From Squalus acanthias (taxonomy: Eukaryota), in contig CM059432.1 of the NCBI GenBank assembly GCA_030390025.1, positions 1,054,001 to 1,118,000 on the forward strand: a stretch of DNA of 64,000 nucleotides. The letters run 5' to 3'. The position numbers and the translations under genes are program-made. The notes beneath the pieces were generated by a model. That model was not told where the DNA came from. It was given only the letters and a program-made list of their open reading frames with translations, and did not search any database. Shown piece after piece: positions 37,238-50,279 of the stretch; the stretch's first letter is position 1; each line of letters begins with the position of its first letter.

Positions 37238-38624
37238 GTAAATTTCTCTTTCATTTAACTAGTGGGACTGCACCCGTTCACCCATCACCCCTGTGCTCGC
37301 TGACCCACATTGGCTCCCAGTTAAGCATCGCATCGATTTCAAAATTCTCATCCTTGTTTTCAAATCCCTCCATGGCCTCGCCCCTCCCTATCTCTGTAAT
37401 CTCCTTCAGCCCCACAACCCCCCCCCCCGCCCCCCGAGATATCTGCGCTCCTCTAATTCTGCCCACTTGAGCATCGCTGATTATAATCGCTCAACCTTCG
37501 GTGGCCATGCCTTCTGTCGCCTAGGCCTAAACCTCTCCGCCTCGCTACCTCTCTTTCCTCCTTTAAGACGCTCCTTAAAACCTACCTCTTTGACAAAGCT
37601 TTTGGTTGCCTGTCCCTAATTTAACCTTATGTGGCTCGGCGTCAAATTTTTTGTCTTAAATACTCCTGTGCAGCGCATTGGGACGTTTTACTACGTTAAA
37701 GGCGCTAATAAGTACAAGTTGTTGTTGTTGTAGTATACAAGGACAAATGTAACCTGTTTCAACTAACGTTAAGAAACCGCTTTACACAGTGAGTGGTGAG
37801 AATGTGGAACTCGCTCTCACAGGGAGTGGTTGAGGTGAATTTAGGTAGAAGCTGGATAAACACGAGGCAGACAGGAATAGAAGGTTATGCTGATAGTGTG
37901 AGATGAAGAGGGGTGGGAGGAGGCTTGTGTGGAGAATAAACACCAGCATGGACCAGTTGGGTCGAATGGCCTGTTTCTGTGCTGTAAATTGTATGTAATT
38001 GAGTATTGACTAGTACAATGAGCTTGTGATCATACTGTTCAAATCCTGGTTGATGTTGAGAGCAGCAACACTGGAACATTTGGGCAGAGTAATAATCAAT
38101 AATAATTATTATTTTCTACAAAATTATCGTCACTTCCCAAGCAAAACATCTGTGCTTGAATGCTCGTCTTGACTCTGGTTTGTATTTGGTGTCCCTTGCA
38201 GGGCTTTGCATTATCACAAGCTCTCATCTGGTTAGGTGGAGCTTAAACATTTAAAAAAATTAAATACAAAAATGCATCAGAGTCTCCAGTATTTTGTACG
38301 TTTTAGTAAACTGCCAACCAGACTCGCTGGCTGTGCTTTTGGCTGACTCGTGCCACTAGATGGAAAAGTAAACTGAGAAGAGTAACGCCAGGAGACCTTT
38401 CTTTTAATTTGTTCTTGGAAGGTGGGTGACCCTGGCAAGCTCACATTTATTGTGGTGGTTATTAAGAGTGAACCACATCATGTGGAGTTGGAGTCGCGTG
38501 TAGGCCAGACCGGGCAAGGATGACCTAAACATTGCATCCAAATTAAGTATCTCAACATTTGAGCTACATGTATTAAGTATACAATTCACTGAAGGCCATA
38601 TAGAAATACTTTATATAAACCTAA

Positions 38625-39063
38625 AAAGACTTGCATTTCTATAGCGCCTTTCACAACCTCAGGATGTCCCAAAGTCCTTTACAGCCAATTAAGTACTTTT
38701 GAAGTGTAATCACTGTTGTAATGTAGCAAACGTGGCAGCCAATTTGTGCACAGCAGGATCCCACAAACTGCAACGAGATAATGTTTTTTAGTGATGTTGG
38801 TTGAGGGATAAATATTGGACAGGATACTGGGGAGAACTCCCCTGCTCGTCTTTGAAATAGAGCCATGGGATCTTTTACGTCCACCTGAGAGGGCAGACGG
38901 GGCCTCGATTTACCATCTCATCTGAAAGACGGCACCTCAGACAGTGCAGCGCTCCCTCAGCACTGCACTGGGAATGTCAGCCTAGATTTTGTGCTCAAGT
39001 ACTTGGAGCGGGGTGTGAACCCACGACGTCCTGACTCAAAGTCGAGAGTGCTACCCACTGAGC
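38625..39063 (-). mobile_element. Deu-type SINE, near full length
   Basis: Reverse complement of the 3125 copy; others at ~31735..31940, 42450..42880, 52620..52840, 60280..60660, 62355..62528. Confidence 0.8.
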
Positions 39064-39399
39064 ATAAGATTAACACTGTGATTCTTACCACAGAATAGGA
39101 CCATATGGTACTTTAGTCATTATGCTTGCGGTCGGATACGAAAATCTTGGATGTGGGTATTATATTCAGTGACAGAAATTATCCTGTGGGGATGAACACT
39201 GTGTACTTGCATTAGAAGGTATATACAGTTCAGCTGTTGTACATTTTATCCTATCTCACTGGTTTACCTAAAGAATTTATAAAGAGACTGAAAATAAATT
39301 AGTAATGGTGATGTTGTAGAATACATTGATAACTTTGCTGTTCTAAGCAGATGTTTTGGGGGCTGCAAAGGACATGGCTAATCACTGCTCTCTCTTTAG

Positions 39400-39547
39400 G
39401 GATTATCAATCTCCTGCAGTTGAAAATTTGGTATTTTCAACGGAGCAGTCTGGAGTGTACCTGGACACCTGTCCCCAGCAGAGAGCCCCAGAAATGCTCA
39501 TGTTGAAAGAAAGCAGAAAGTCGAATGGTCAAGAGACAGTTAATAAG
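39400..39547 (+). CDS. LAMA3: Laminin alpha exon 19 (LG3 end / LG3-LG4 linker)
   Basis: ctctttag|...|gtatgc; 148 nt, phase 2/0; DYQSPAVENL...GVYLDTCPQQRAPEMLMLKESRKSNGQETVNK. Confidence 0.9.
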
Positions 39548-39649
39548 GTATGCAAACCTTTCTTGGTATCGCAATATCTGGAGTAACATTAATAAACAAA
39601 GTGTCTCTGTCAGTAAATGTATGTTGATGGAACATTTCCTTTGTCACAG

Positions 39650-39825
39650 AACGGAAAGAATCATAAAGTTGTTCCTGATCATTCAACGAAAGAAAATGTG
39701 GCACAAGAATTAGAAGGGTGTCAGTTGCCATGGCAACCAAAAGCAATCAATGGCGCCTACCAATTTGGAGATTCGCCCGATAGCCGATTGGAATATGACC
39801 TTTTGCCTGAATCGTTTAAAGAAAG
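39650..39825 (+). CDS. LAMA3: Laminin alpha exon 20 (linker / LG4 start)
   Basis: tgtcacag|...|gtaaaa; 176 nt, phase 0/2; ...GCQLPWQPKAINGAYQFGDSPDSRLEY. Confidence 0.9.
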
Positions 39826-40748
39826 GTAAAAATGTGTGGTGGTTGTTGTTATTTTACTTATATGTCTACTGCTATGAATGTTTTCAGAACATCTGTCACA
39901 TTTCAGCTATCACACACTTCTGATGTCACACTGCCAAGTGCCAAAAGTATTTAAAAGGAAGTTTTTAAAAATTCATTCACGGGATGTGGGCGTCGCTGGC
40001 AAGGCCGGCATTTATTGCCCATCCCTAGTTGCCCTTGAGAAGGTGGTGGTGAGCCGCCGCCTTGAACCGCTGCAGTCCGTGTGGTGAAGGTGCTCCCACA
40101 GTGCTGTTAGGGAGAGAGTTGCAGGATTTTGACCCAGCGACGGTGAAGGAACGGCCGATATACTTCCAAGTCAGGATGGTGTGTGACTTGGAGGGGAACC
40201 TGGAGGTGGTGGTGTTCCCATGCGCCTGCTGCCCTTGTCCTTCTAGGTGGTAGAGGTCGCGGGTTTGGGAGGTGCTGCCGAAGAAGCCTTGGCGAGTTGC
40301 TACAGTGCATCTTGTAGATGGTACACACTCATCCAAGCAAGTGGAGAGTATTCCATCACACTCCTTACTTGTGCCTTGTAGGTGGTGGAAAGGCTTTGGG
40401 GAGTCAGGAGGTGGGTCACTCGCTGCAGAATACCCAGCCTCTGACCTGTTCTTGTTGCCACAGTATTTATGTGGCTGGTCCAGTTAAGTTTTTGTCAATG
40501 GTGACGCCCAGGATGTTGATGGTGGGGAATTCGGCGATGGTAATCCGTTGAATGTTAAGGGGAGGTGGCTAGACTCTCGCTGGTCATTGCCTGGCACCTG
40601 TCTGGTGCGAATGTTACTTGCCACTTATCAGCCCAAGTACATTGTGTATTGTGCAGTTTAGTGCTCGTGTTAGAAAACAGTGCACACAGCGAGCAACACC
40701 ACAAAAAGCACTTGAGTATATTTTAAATGTGACATTTACACATTTCAG

Positions 40749-40938
40749 GTCAAAGTTCTCCATCGATGTGCGAACTGTTGCAGTAGAAGGAACCATCTTT
40801 TATGTAGCAGATAAGTCGGAGAAATCCTACATGACGCTTTACGTTTTGAAAGGCCGTTTCTTTTTTTCCTTTGTTGTTGATGGGCAACAACTAAGAATTA
40901 AGAGCAAAGCGAAGCACAATGATGGGCAGTGGCATACA
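40749..40938 (+). CDS. LAMA3: Laminin alpha exon 21 (LG4)
   Basis: atttcag|...|gtaagt; 190 nt, phase 2/0; SKFSIDVRTVAVEGTIFYV...LRIKSKAKHNDGQWHT. Confidence 0.94.
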
Positions 40939-41980
40939 GTAAGTAAAGCAAACAACAGCTAGTAGCTGCAGCTATACGATTGTATATGAAAAAGGTACTT
41001 TTAGCAACCTGTACCTTTAGTTTATCTCGTCAGAATCCATTGCCTCTCCTCCTCATCTCTGCAACCTCCTCCAGCCCTACAATCTTCGGAGATCTCTGCG
41101 TTCCTCCAATTCTGGCCTCTTGCGCATCCACAATTTCCTTCTCTCCATCATTGGCGGCCGTACCTTTAGCTGCTCTGGCTCTGTACTCTGGAACTCCCTC
41201 GCTAAACCTTTCTTACCTCTCTCTCTCCTCCTTTAAGACGCTCCTTAAAACCTACCTCTTGCACCAAGCTTTTGGTCACCTGTCCTAATATCGCCTTATG
41301 TGGCTCGGTGTCAAAGTTTGTCTGATAATCGCTCCTGTGAAGCATCTTCGAATGTTTTACTACATCAAAGGTGCTATATAAATGCAGGTTGTTGTTTATG
41401 ATATTTTGACCACAGCAATACAGAAGGGAAATTGCAATGTTTATGCTGGACCACAAGAGATGAATAACTTATACTAATGCATAGGATGTGACTTGTACAT
41501 TGGATTCTGCACGAAATAAATTGGAAGGTTTCATAGAAATGAGAATTGTCAAAAGCACAGGGCTGAAGAAGGCCATTCGGCCCATCCAACAATCCTCCCC
41601 AACTGGAGTCATCTACTCTAATTCCATTTCCCTGCTCTTTGCTCCCACTCTTTAATATTTTTCTCTGAGTGTTTAATTTGCGCTTTAATGTCATGATTGA
41701 CTTCGTTTCAATAGGTATTTGTGGTAAAGCATCCCATACCCTAATTACCCTGTGCATTAAAAAAAACTCCAAATTCATCCAAGTTTTTGTTAATATTTCA
41801 CAATCCTGAATATGAAAAATTTCAAAAATTAGTGATGTAAAATTCGACTTGGGTTAAGAAATTCATACAGCAATACAATTTACAACACAGAAACCATTGA
41901 ATAAGTAAGTATTACTTCAAATTATGCTATAAATTCCTGTACTGATATCTGCATAATTTGTCAATTTTTTTTTTTAAAAG

Positions 41981-42133
41981 GTGGTGTTTAGTAGAGAAAA
42001 TAACAAGGGAAAGCTTGTTATTGACGGACTTCGGACACGACAGGACAGCATTGCCAGTAGTCCACTCTTGAGAGTTGAATCACCATTCTATCTGGGTGGA
42101 TTACCATCAGGCAAAGGACAGCGCAATCAGAAG
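41981..42133 (+). CDS. LAMA3: Laminin alpha exon 22 (LG4)
   Basis: ttttaaaag|...|gtaatg; 153 nt, phase 0/0; VVFSRENNKGKLVIDGLR...SPFYLGGLPSGKGQRNQK. Confidence 0.93.
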
Positions 42134-44037
42134 GTAATGTGAAATTTACAATTCTCATCCTTGTGTTCAGATCCCTCAGGGCTTTGCCCATCCCTATCTC
42201 TGTAACCCCCGACAGCCCTCTGAGATCGCTGCGCTCCTCCAATTCTGGCCTCTTGCGCAGCCTTGATTTCCTTCACCCCACCATTGGCGGCCGCGTCTTC
42301 AGCTGCCTGGGCCCCGAGCTCTGGAGTTCCCTCCCTAAACCTCTCTGGCTCTCTCTCCTCTTTAAGACGCTGCTTAAAATCTACCTCACTTGTCCTACTA
42401 TCTCCTTATGTGGTTCAGTGTCAAACTTTGTCTGATTATGCTCCTGTGGTCAGAAGGTTGTGGACTCAAGTCCCACTCCAGAGACTTGACCACAAAAATC
42501 TAGGCTGACACTCCCAGTGCAGTGCCGAGGGAGTGCTGCACTGTCAGAGGTGCCGTCTTTCGGATGAGACGTTAAACCGAGGCCCCGTCTGCTCTCTCAG
42601 GTTGACATAAAAGATCCCATGGCATTATTTTCGAAGAAGAGCAGGGGAGTTATCCCCGGTGTCCTGGCCAATATTTATCCCTCAATCAACATCACAAAAA
42701 CAGATTATCTGGTCATTAGGACATTGCTGTTTGTGGGACCTTGCAGTGCACAAATTGGCTGCCGCGTTTCCCACATTACAACAGTGACTCCACTTCAAAA
42801 AGTACTTCATTGGCTGTAAAGCGCTTTGGGCGTCCTGAGGTCATGAAAGGGGCTATATTATTGCAAGCCTTTCTTTTTTTCCTTTCTGTGAAGTGCTTTG
42901 GGACATTTTTACTACATTAAAGGCACTATATAAATGCAAGTGGTTGTAGGTCAGGTCCTAACTCAAGTTTCACCTGAGATTCGTGAGCCACTTACTAGGG
43001 AAGACTAGCTGAGCTTCCCATTATCTTCCTCGTGGTTTTTATCTTCGGAGGTGGGTTTAAACCAAATCTAAAGAGTCCCATCTACCCGTTACAGTGGGCG
43101 GAAGGCCACCCGAATCCATCAGGCACAAGTGTCCCCGCTGGATGCCAGTCTAGTATTGAGAGCCAGCGTCTAGTCTCCGCTCACCGGGGCTGTCTGAAGT
43201 GGTGCCCGAACCCAACCTTTCTCGCTCAGAGGCGGGAATGGCTATTTCTAGGACAAGATGAATATTCAGTCACAAAAACAGAAAATACTGGAGACACTCA
43301 GCAGGTCAAGCAGCATTAGTTATGTAGAGAGACTGGAGAAGCTGGGATTCTTCTTCTTAGAGCAGAGAAGATTAAGGGAGATTTAATAGAGGCGTTCAAA
43401 ATCATGAAGGGGTTTTGACAGAGTAAATAAGGAGAAAATGTTTCCACTGGCAGGAGGGTCGGTAACCAGAGGACACAGATTTAAGGTGATTGTCAAAAGA
43501 ATTAAGGGGGAGATGAAGCGAAGTTTTTTTTATGCAGCGAGTTGTTGTGATCTGGAACGCGCTGCCTGAAAGGGCGGTGGAAGCAGATTCAATCGTAACT
43601 TTCAATAGGGGATGAATAAATACTTGGAAAAGAAAGACTTGCAGGGCTACGGGGAAAGAGCAGGGGGAGTGGGACTAATTGGAGAGCTCTTTCAAAGAGC
43701 CGGCACAGGCACGATGGGCTGACTGGCCTCCTTGTGTGCTGTATGATTCTATGATCTGTGGAAAAAGGAAAAAGTTAAAGTTTCAGATTGATAACCTTTT
43801 GTCAGGACATTCTGTTCTCAATTATATAATATAAGGCATAGTGGTCTGTTGAATGAAGCCTGACTTATGTTGACCATAGCTTCTGGTCCATAAGGAAAAG
43901 AACTATAAATTGCTGTAAAGATTGAGGGCCTTGTCCGTTAAATAGGGTCCTCATTTAGGTTTAGTTGACAAATAACCCAAAAATCTCTCTTGTGATTGTA
44001 ATTTTATTCCATTAATAATCTTTTATTTGCCAAGCAG

Positions 44038-44194
44038 CTACCAAGACACAGTTTCCATGGATGTATAAGAAACTTTAAACTGGACGGTAACCAACTGCAT
44101 TCCCCTTCGCGTACATTTGGAGTCACACCATGCTTTGACGGCAACTCTGAGCAAGGAGCTTATTTCTCAGCTGAAGGAGGATACGTTGTTTTAG
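44038..44194 (+). CDS. LAMA3: Laminin alpha exon 23 (LG4 end / LG5 start); may start at 44035 (NAGNAG)
   Basis: caagcag|...|gttcgt; 157 nt, phase 0/1; LPRHSFHGCIRNFKLDG...FGVTPCFDGNSEQGAYFSAEGGYVVL. Confidence 0.92.
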
Positions 44195-44989
44195 GTTCGT
44201 TAAATCTTTAATTTATTAGTGCCTTCTGGAAAAAACTCTTCGAAACTGCTGAAAATGTTTTTTGCATTCACGTATCAGGAAAATTAACTCTTCAGTTCGG
44301 GTCTCAACTGAAATGATTTGGTCGTCGTAGAATCAGAAGCACGGAAGGAGGCCGTTGGGACAATCGTGCCTGTGCCGGCTCTTTGAAAGAGCTCTCCAAT
44401 TAGTCTCACTCCCTTAGCTCTTTCCCCATAGCCCTGAAAATTTTCCTTTTCAAGTATTTATCCAAGTCCCTTTTTGAAAGTTACTATTGAATCTGCTTCC
44501 ACCGACCGCCCTGTCGTATAATATTTTTGCTCCCTAGCCAAATTTTCAGAAGTCAAACATATTTTTGATTACCAACAATATTATATTACTGTCAATATAT
44601 TTTGTCAAAAATTGGCATTTTTATAAATTTATTAATTTGCAGTAATTCAGTTCTCAAAGTTAATTTTGTCCGGGAGCACTATGGGTTATTACAGTTTGAT
44701 GTAACCTTGAGACCCAGGGCTAATTCAAATTTTAGTTCCACCTCTATCAGGTGGATTAGTGGATTGATGTACACGGGCTGGTGACCAAATAGTAATCAGA
44801 GTCCTGCAGATGCTCTTTATGTTTCTCATCTAGTTATTCCCCAGATACCGCATCTCTCCTTCCCTCTAGTTACTGCTTCCCCTGCATGTAAACGAATCTC
44901 TCAGCCCATTTCTCTCCTAATGCTGCTTCATAACTCGCTACTAGGAAGTGCATGAGAGCAACACTCGTTGATTTGCCCCTTGATTTTAT

Positions 44990-45500
44990 AGGCTGACGCT
45001 CCCAGTGCAGTACTGAGGGAGCGCTGCACTGTCGTAGGGGGCAGTACTGAGGGAGCGCTGCACTGTCGTAGGGGCAGTACTGAGGGAGCGCTGCACTGTC
45101 GTAGGGGCAGTGCTGAGGGAGTGCTGCACTGTCGTAGGGGCAGTACTGAGGGAGTGCTGCACTGTCGGAGGTGCCGTCTTTTCGGATGAGACGTTAAACC
45201 GAGGCCCCGTCTGCCCCCTCAGGTGGACGTAAAAGGTCCCATGGCATTATTGCGGAGAACAGCAAGGGAGTTATCTCCGGTGTCCTGGCCAATATTTATC
45301 CCTCAACCAACATCACTAAAACTGATTAACTGGTCATTATCACATTGCTGTTTGTGGGACCTTGATGTGTAAAAATTTTGTGCTCCGTTTCCTACATTGC
45401 AACAGTGACTACACTTCAAAAAGTACTTCATTGGCTGTAAAACTCTTTGGGACGTCCTGAGGTTGTGAAAGGCGCTATATAAGTGCAAGTCTTTCTTTCT
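44990..45500 (+). mobile_element. Deu-type SINE (5'-truncated) with 5 x 33-bp expansion (45007..45171)
   Basis: GCAGTACTGAGGGAG(C/T)GCTGCACTGTCGTAGGG repeated, then normal SINE core and tail. Confidence 0.85.
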
Positions 45501-46328
45501 TTTTCTCTCTCTTCCTTCCTTCCTCCCTCCCTCCCTCCCTTCCTTCCCCTCCCTCCCTTCCTTCCTCCCTTCCTTCCTTCCTCCCTCCCTCCCTTTCCCT
45601 CCATCCCTCCCTTCCTTTCCCTCCATCCCTCCCTTCCTTTCCCTCCATCCCTCCCTCCATCCTTCCCTCCCTCCCTTCCTTTCCCTCCATCCCTCCCTTC
45701 CTTTCCCTCCCTCTCCCTCCCTTCCTTCCCCTCCCTCCCTCCCTTCCCTCCCTCCCCTTCCTTCCTTCCCTTCCTCCCTTCCTTCCCTTCCCTCCCTCCC
45801 TTCCTTCCCTCCCTCCCTCCCCTTCCTTCCTTCCGCTCCCTCCCTTCCCCTCCCTTCCTTCCCCTCCCTTCCCTCCCTCCCTTCCTTCCCTTCCTTCCGC
45901 TCCCTCCCTTCCTTCCTTCCCTTCCTTCCTTCCCCTCCCTTCCCCTCCCTCCTTCCCTTCCCTCCTTCCCTTCCTTCCTTCCGCTCCCTCCCTTCCTTCC
46001 GCTCCCTCCCTTCCTTCCTTCCGCTCCCTCCCTTCCCCTCCCTCCCTCCCTTCCCCTCCCTCCCTCCCTTCCCTCCCCTCCCTCCTTCCTTCCCCTCCCT
46101 CCTTCCCCTCCCTCCCTTCCCTCCTTCCCCTCCCTCCCTTCCCTCCTTCCCTTCGTTCCTTCCGCTCCCTCCCTTCCTTCCCCTCCCTCCCTTCCTTCCC
46201 CTCCCTCCCTTCCTTCCCCTCCCTCCCTTCCTTCCCCTCCCTCCCTTCCTTCCCCTCCCTCCCTTCCCTCCTTCCCTTCCTTCCTTCCGCTCCCTCCCTC
46301 CCTCCCTCCCTCCCTTCCTTCTTCCTTC
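45490..46328. repeat. ~840-bp polypyrimidine/polypurine low-complexity tract, (CCTT)/(CCCT)n
   Basis: Almost exclusively C/T on the + strand, starting at the SINE tail. Confidence 0.95.
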
Positions 46329-46474
46329 GCTGAAACTGCATATTTACTTGGTGTGGAATCACAAGTTGCAAACAGGCATCCCATCATCCTGCAGCACAGC
46401 ACTTTGCTGCCTAAATGCCATAACTGAATATCCCTCATGCAGTTCATTACTGATACCTGAATGCTTGTTTCCAG

Positions 46475-46605
46475 ATAACTCCTTCGTAGTGGGCAAGGAC
46501 TTTGAGCTCCTGTTTGAAGTGCGCCCTCGAAGCCAGACTGGCGTCCTCTTCCATATCAACAGCCCACGGGGAAACTACCTCAGTCTCTATATGTACAAGG
46601 GAAAG
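46475..46605 (+). CDS. LAMA3: Laminin alpha exon 24 (LG5)
   Basis: tttccag|...|gtagga; 131 nt, phase 1/0; DNSFVVGKDFELLFEVRPRSQTGVLFH...YMYKGK. Confidence 0.93.
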
Positions 46606-47931
46606 GTAGGAATGGCCAGTTACATAATCAGCTACACGCCATGAAACTTTCGATATGTTATTTATCTTCTGTCTTTTGCATTAAGTGGTAGTTGCAACTT
46701 TAGGGTCTTGCCCCAGATATCGTCTTGGGTACAGCAGCGCTCGTCATTCCTTGTGATCTGAACTCGATATTCATGCCTTTCGTACATGTATTCCTTCGCT
46801 CTCTCTGCAGGAGGACCGAGCAAGCACTTAGCGAAGTCAGACCAGATGCAAGTCGTTAAGCTGCTTTATTTTGCAGCACTTAAAGCTACGGGGCAACTTA
46901 TTTTAATCAGTACGACTTGTCTTCATGCTTGCCTGCTACAGTGGGTCATCACCTTGCTTAAAACCTAAACCGAATGGCCCAGAATTTCGTGGAGACATTG
47001 CACCATTGCAGTGACACATCTACATTGGAAGGGCCTGTTGTACAGCACTAGAGAATAAGGAAATTCACCACACCATAATTTCCTGGGACTTTTCCGCTGC
47101 TGCTGCACTGTTACCCTTTCCGAAACAGTGAGAAGCTAATGGAGTGAATATTGACACCGCTGTGTCAGCCAATGAGTTGGAGGGGGGGGCGCGATGAGAC
47201 TTGTAGTAAAAAGAGTCTATTTACTCACAAACTACAGCAGAGTCTCCTGACTACAGCAGGATTATTTCTCCAGCAAAATTCAGTGAGTGGAGGATAATTA
47301 CACGATACAAATGATGCGCGTGAAATCGATCCCAGTCACTTCCAGCAGTGCAGTCTCCAGGCGTGATTGACAGGGGAATTTACCCGATCATCTCCATTCT
47401 GGCTGGGAATAATGGTGTCACTATATGCAGCCAGAAGTTAATTATCCAAGCTCTTCCCCCTCCCCCCCGCCCCCATTAAAGTCAACGGCAATCGCAAATT
47501 TCTTGAATTAAAACCACTTTTGTCACCGCTGCCCCATAGACTGAAAGATTATGATGCTGGAGGGCCTCTGGTGATCTGGCAGCTGCCTGATTTATTGCTC
47601 CAAGATCAGCTTCCTTTAAACATATTTTCAATACCCGCATAAATTATTTATCATCAGCTTTAGCAACAGCAGTTGGGCCGGAAGCATTACATCTACAGCT
47701 CAGTGGAGCAATTAACAATGCTTTTTGCATTGAAAATATTCGCACACTCTGTTTGATCTTGGGTACATGGGCAGGAATAGCCGGCATAGAGCGGAGCCTG
47801 CCCATCCTTGTAGAATGAAGAAACACTTGTGAGAGATGATCAAATCTATCACGTGATTGTAACTGCTCACGCTTTCATCATAATCATTTTGAGAGCCGCG
47901 CTTTATAGGTGATGTTATAGTCGCTGCCTCA

Positions 47932-48912
47932 GTGTCAGCCCGTGGCTCAGTGGGTAGCACTCTCGCCTCTGAGTCAGAAGGTCGTGGGTTCAAGTCCCAC
48001 TCCAGAGACTTGAGCAAAAATCTAGGCTGACACTCCCAGTGCAGTGCTGAGGGAGCGCTGCCCTGTCAGAGGTGCCGTCTTTCGGATGAGGCGTTAAACT
48101 GAGGCCCCACCTTTCCTCACTGTTGGACGTAAAAGATCCCTCAGCCACTATTGGAAGAAGAGCCGAGGAGCTCTCCCTGGTGTCATGGCCAATATTTAGC
48201 CAATTTGCTCACAGCAAGGTCCAACAAAGAACAATGTGTTAATGGCCAGATAATCTGTTTTAGTGATGTTGGCTGAAGGATAAATATTAGCCAGGACACC
48301 GGGGAGAACTCCCCTGCTCTTCTTCCAACAGTGGCAGTGGATCTTTTACATTCATCTGAGAGGGAAGATAGGGCCTTGTTTAACATCTCATCTGAAAGAC
48401 GGCACGTCCGACAGTGCAGCGCTCCCTCAGTACTGCCCCTCCGACAGTGCAGCGCTCCCTCAGTACTGCCCCTCCGACAGTGCGGCACTCCCTCAGTACT
48501 GCCCCTCCGACAGTGCTGCGCTCCCTTAGTACTGCCCCTCCGTCAATACGGCGCTTCCTCAGTACTGCCCCTCCGACAATACGGCGCTTCCTCAGTACTG
48601 CCCCTCCGACAGTGCAGCGCTCCCTCAGTACTGCCCCTCCGACAATACGGCGCTTCCTCAGTACTGCCCCTCCGACAGTGCAGCGCTCCCTCAGTACTGC
48701 CCCTCCGACAATACGGCGCTTCCTCAGTACTGCCCCTCCGACAGTGCGGCGCTCCCTCAGTACTGCCCCTCCGACAATACGGCGCTTCCTCAGTACTGCC
48801 CCTCCGACAGTGCGGCGCTTCCTCAGTACTGCCCCTCCGACAGTGCGGCGCTTCCTCAGTACTGCCCCTCCGACAGTGCGGCGCTTCCTCAGTACTGCAC
48901 TGGGAGTGTCAG
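47932..48912. mobile_element. Two Deu-type SINE fragments in inverted orientation (+47932..48200, -48200..48912)
   Basis: + strand head and core followed directly by a - strand core that contains the 33-bp array. Confidence 0.8.
48407..48898. repeat. 33-bp minisatellite, 15 copies
   Basis: LRQCSAPSVLP / LRQYGASSVLP-type units repeated 15 times in ORF 48331. Confidence 0.95.
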
Positions 48913-50188
48913 TCGGTGAGCTACGGTCTTTAAATATATATATATTGCCGAAAATGTTAATTCTCTGAAACAAAAGGTGACACCTCCTTACCCCAAGAAA
49001 AAGCAATCTGCAATAAGCAATATATTTATTATTCCAAAAATACTGTCAATTTGCCTTCTAAATCTTATCCAGATAATCTTGAATCTATAAAACACTTCAG
49101 TGTGTGAGATCTTAGTGCCAAACCTGGCTGCTTACTTTGTTTTTATTTTGTTTGTACATATAATTACATTTCTTCTCTCCTCATTTTGGAGACATAAACT
49201 AGTTATTCTTGACATACAAACATCAATCACAGACCGCTAACCTAATTACATCGCAACCCCACCTCCGTACAATGTACTAAATTTTTTTTTAAGACTTGGA
49301 ACAAACATTAATTGATATGTTTCCCTTTGAGACTTGTTTTATAGATACGTATAAAACCTGGCACTTAAATGCTTTACTGATTGCCTGTGATTGTGGGGGA
49401 AGAGTAACGCAGTTGTAAAGTGTGTATGGGTTTGTTGATTGATAGGATGGCAACTGAAGCGTGACTTCTTAATTTTTACTTCGATGAAAGAACTCAATTT
49501 TGCCTCTCGTTTCTCCAAATTGTTCGGTTTTGTTTTGAAGAGCACAGTAATCAGTAATCATTGCCTCTGTTAATTTAATCTTTGATTAGATGTGACTCGG
49601 ATAATGCAATGTTCAGCGCCTAGCAGCACTGACGCGCATCAGGCATGAGTTCAAGCGTGATTTCCCTGCATTATCTGATGCTCGAAGTGTGCTCAACCCC
49701 TGTTTTCCCAGTGCACTATGAAGCACCTTCAAATTGGGATCCATAAAAGTGACCATGAGGCTGTTGGATTGTCGATAAAACCCAACTGGAATGTCCTTTA
49801 GGGAAGGAAGCCTGCCGTCCTTACCTGGTCTGGGCCTCGATGTGACTCCAGACCCAGATCAACGTGCTTGACTCCCGACTGGCCTCTGAAGTGGTCACTC
49901 AGTTATATCATAGGGACGCCCACATTCTAAAAATGATTTATTTTGATGTAAAGTTATACTTTCTTTGCCATGGACCAGATAGATAAAATTAATCAGTCCA
50001 CAAATAATATGAAACCAAGATTTGTTGTTGTATAAATGTTAAAGAAACTGCCTCCGGTTTTGCTCCCCTGGAACTTATCAATGTGGAGAGCGCTGACCAT
50101 TTTCGGTCGCATTGCTTTCAATATGAGGAACAACAAAGGCTGGCTTTTTTTTTTAAATCATGAAACATGTTCTAATTTTTGTTCACAG

Positions 50189-50279
50189 GTTACTGTCCAT
50201 GTAAACAATGGAGCTGGTGATTTCAACACATCAGTCACACCTCAATCACTGTGCGATGGACAGTGGCACAGAATAGCAG
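50189..50279 (+). CDS. LAMA3: Laminin alpha exon 25 (LG5)
   Basis: ttcacag|...|gtaaga; 91 nt, phase 0/1; VTVHVNNGAGDFNTSVTPQSLCDGQWHRIA. Confidence 0.94.

Noticed and set aside
43776..43808. Fifth hammerhead copy
   Set aside because: Core mutated (CUGACAA) with stems II and III disrupted; treated as a dead remnant.
45428..46447. Long Gly/Arg/Glu- or Pro/Ser-rich ORFs
   Set aside because: Translation of a C/T low-complexity tract.
47932..48010. tRNA gene (also ~3125, ~54487 and others)
   Set aside because: The A/B boxes are heads of tRNA-derived SINEs and continue into SINE body; no complete cloverleaf was seen.
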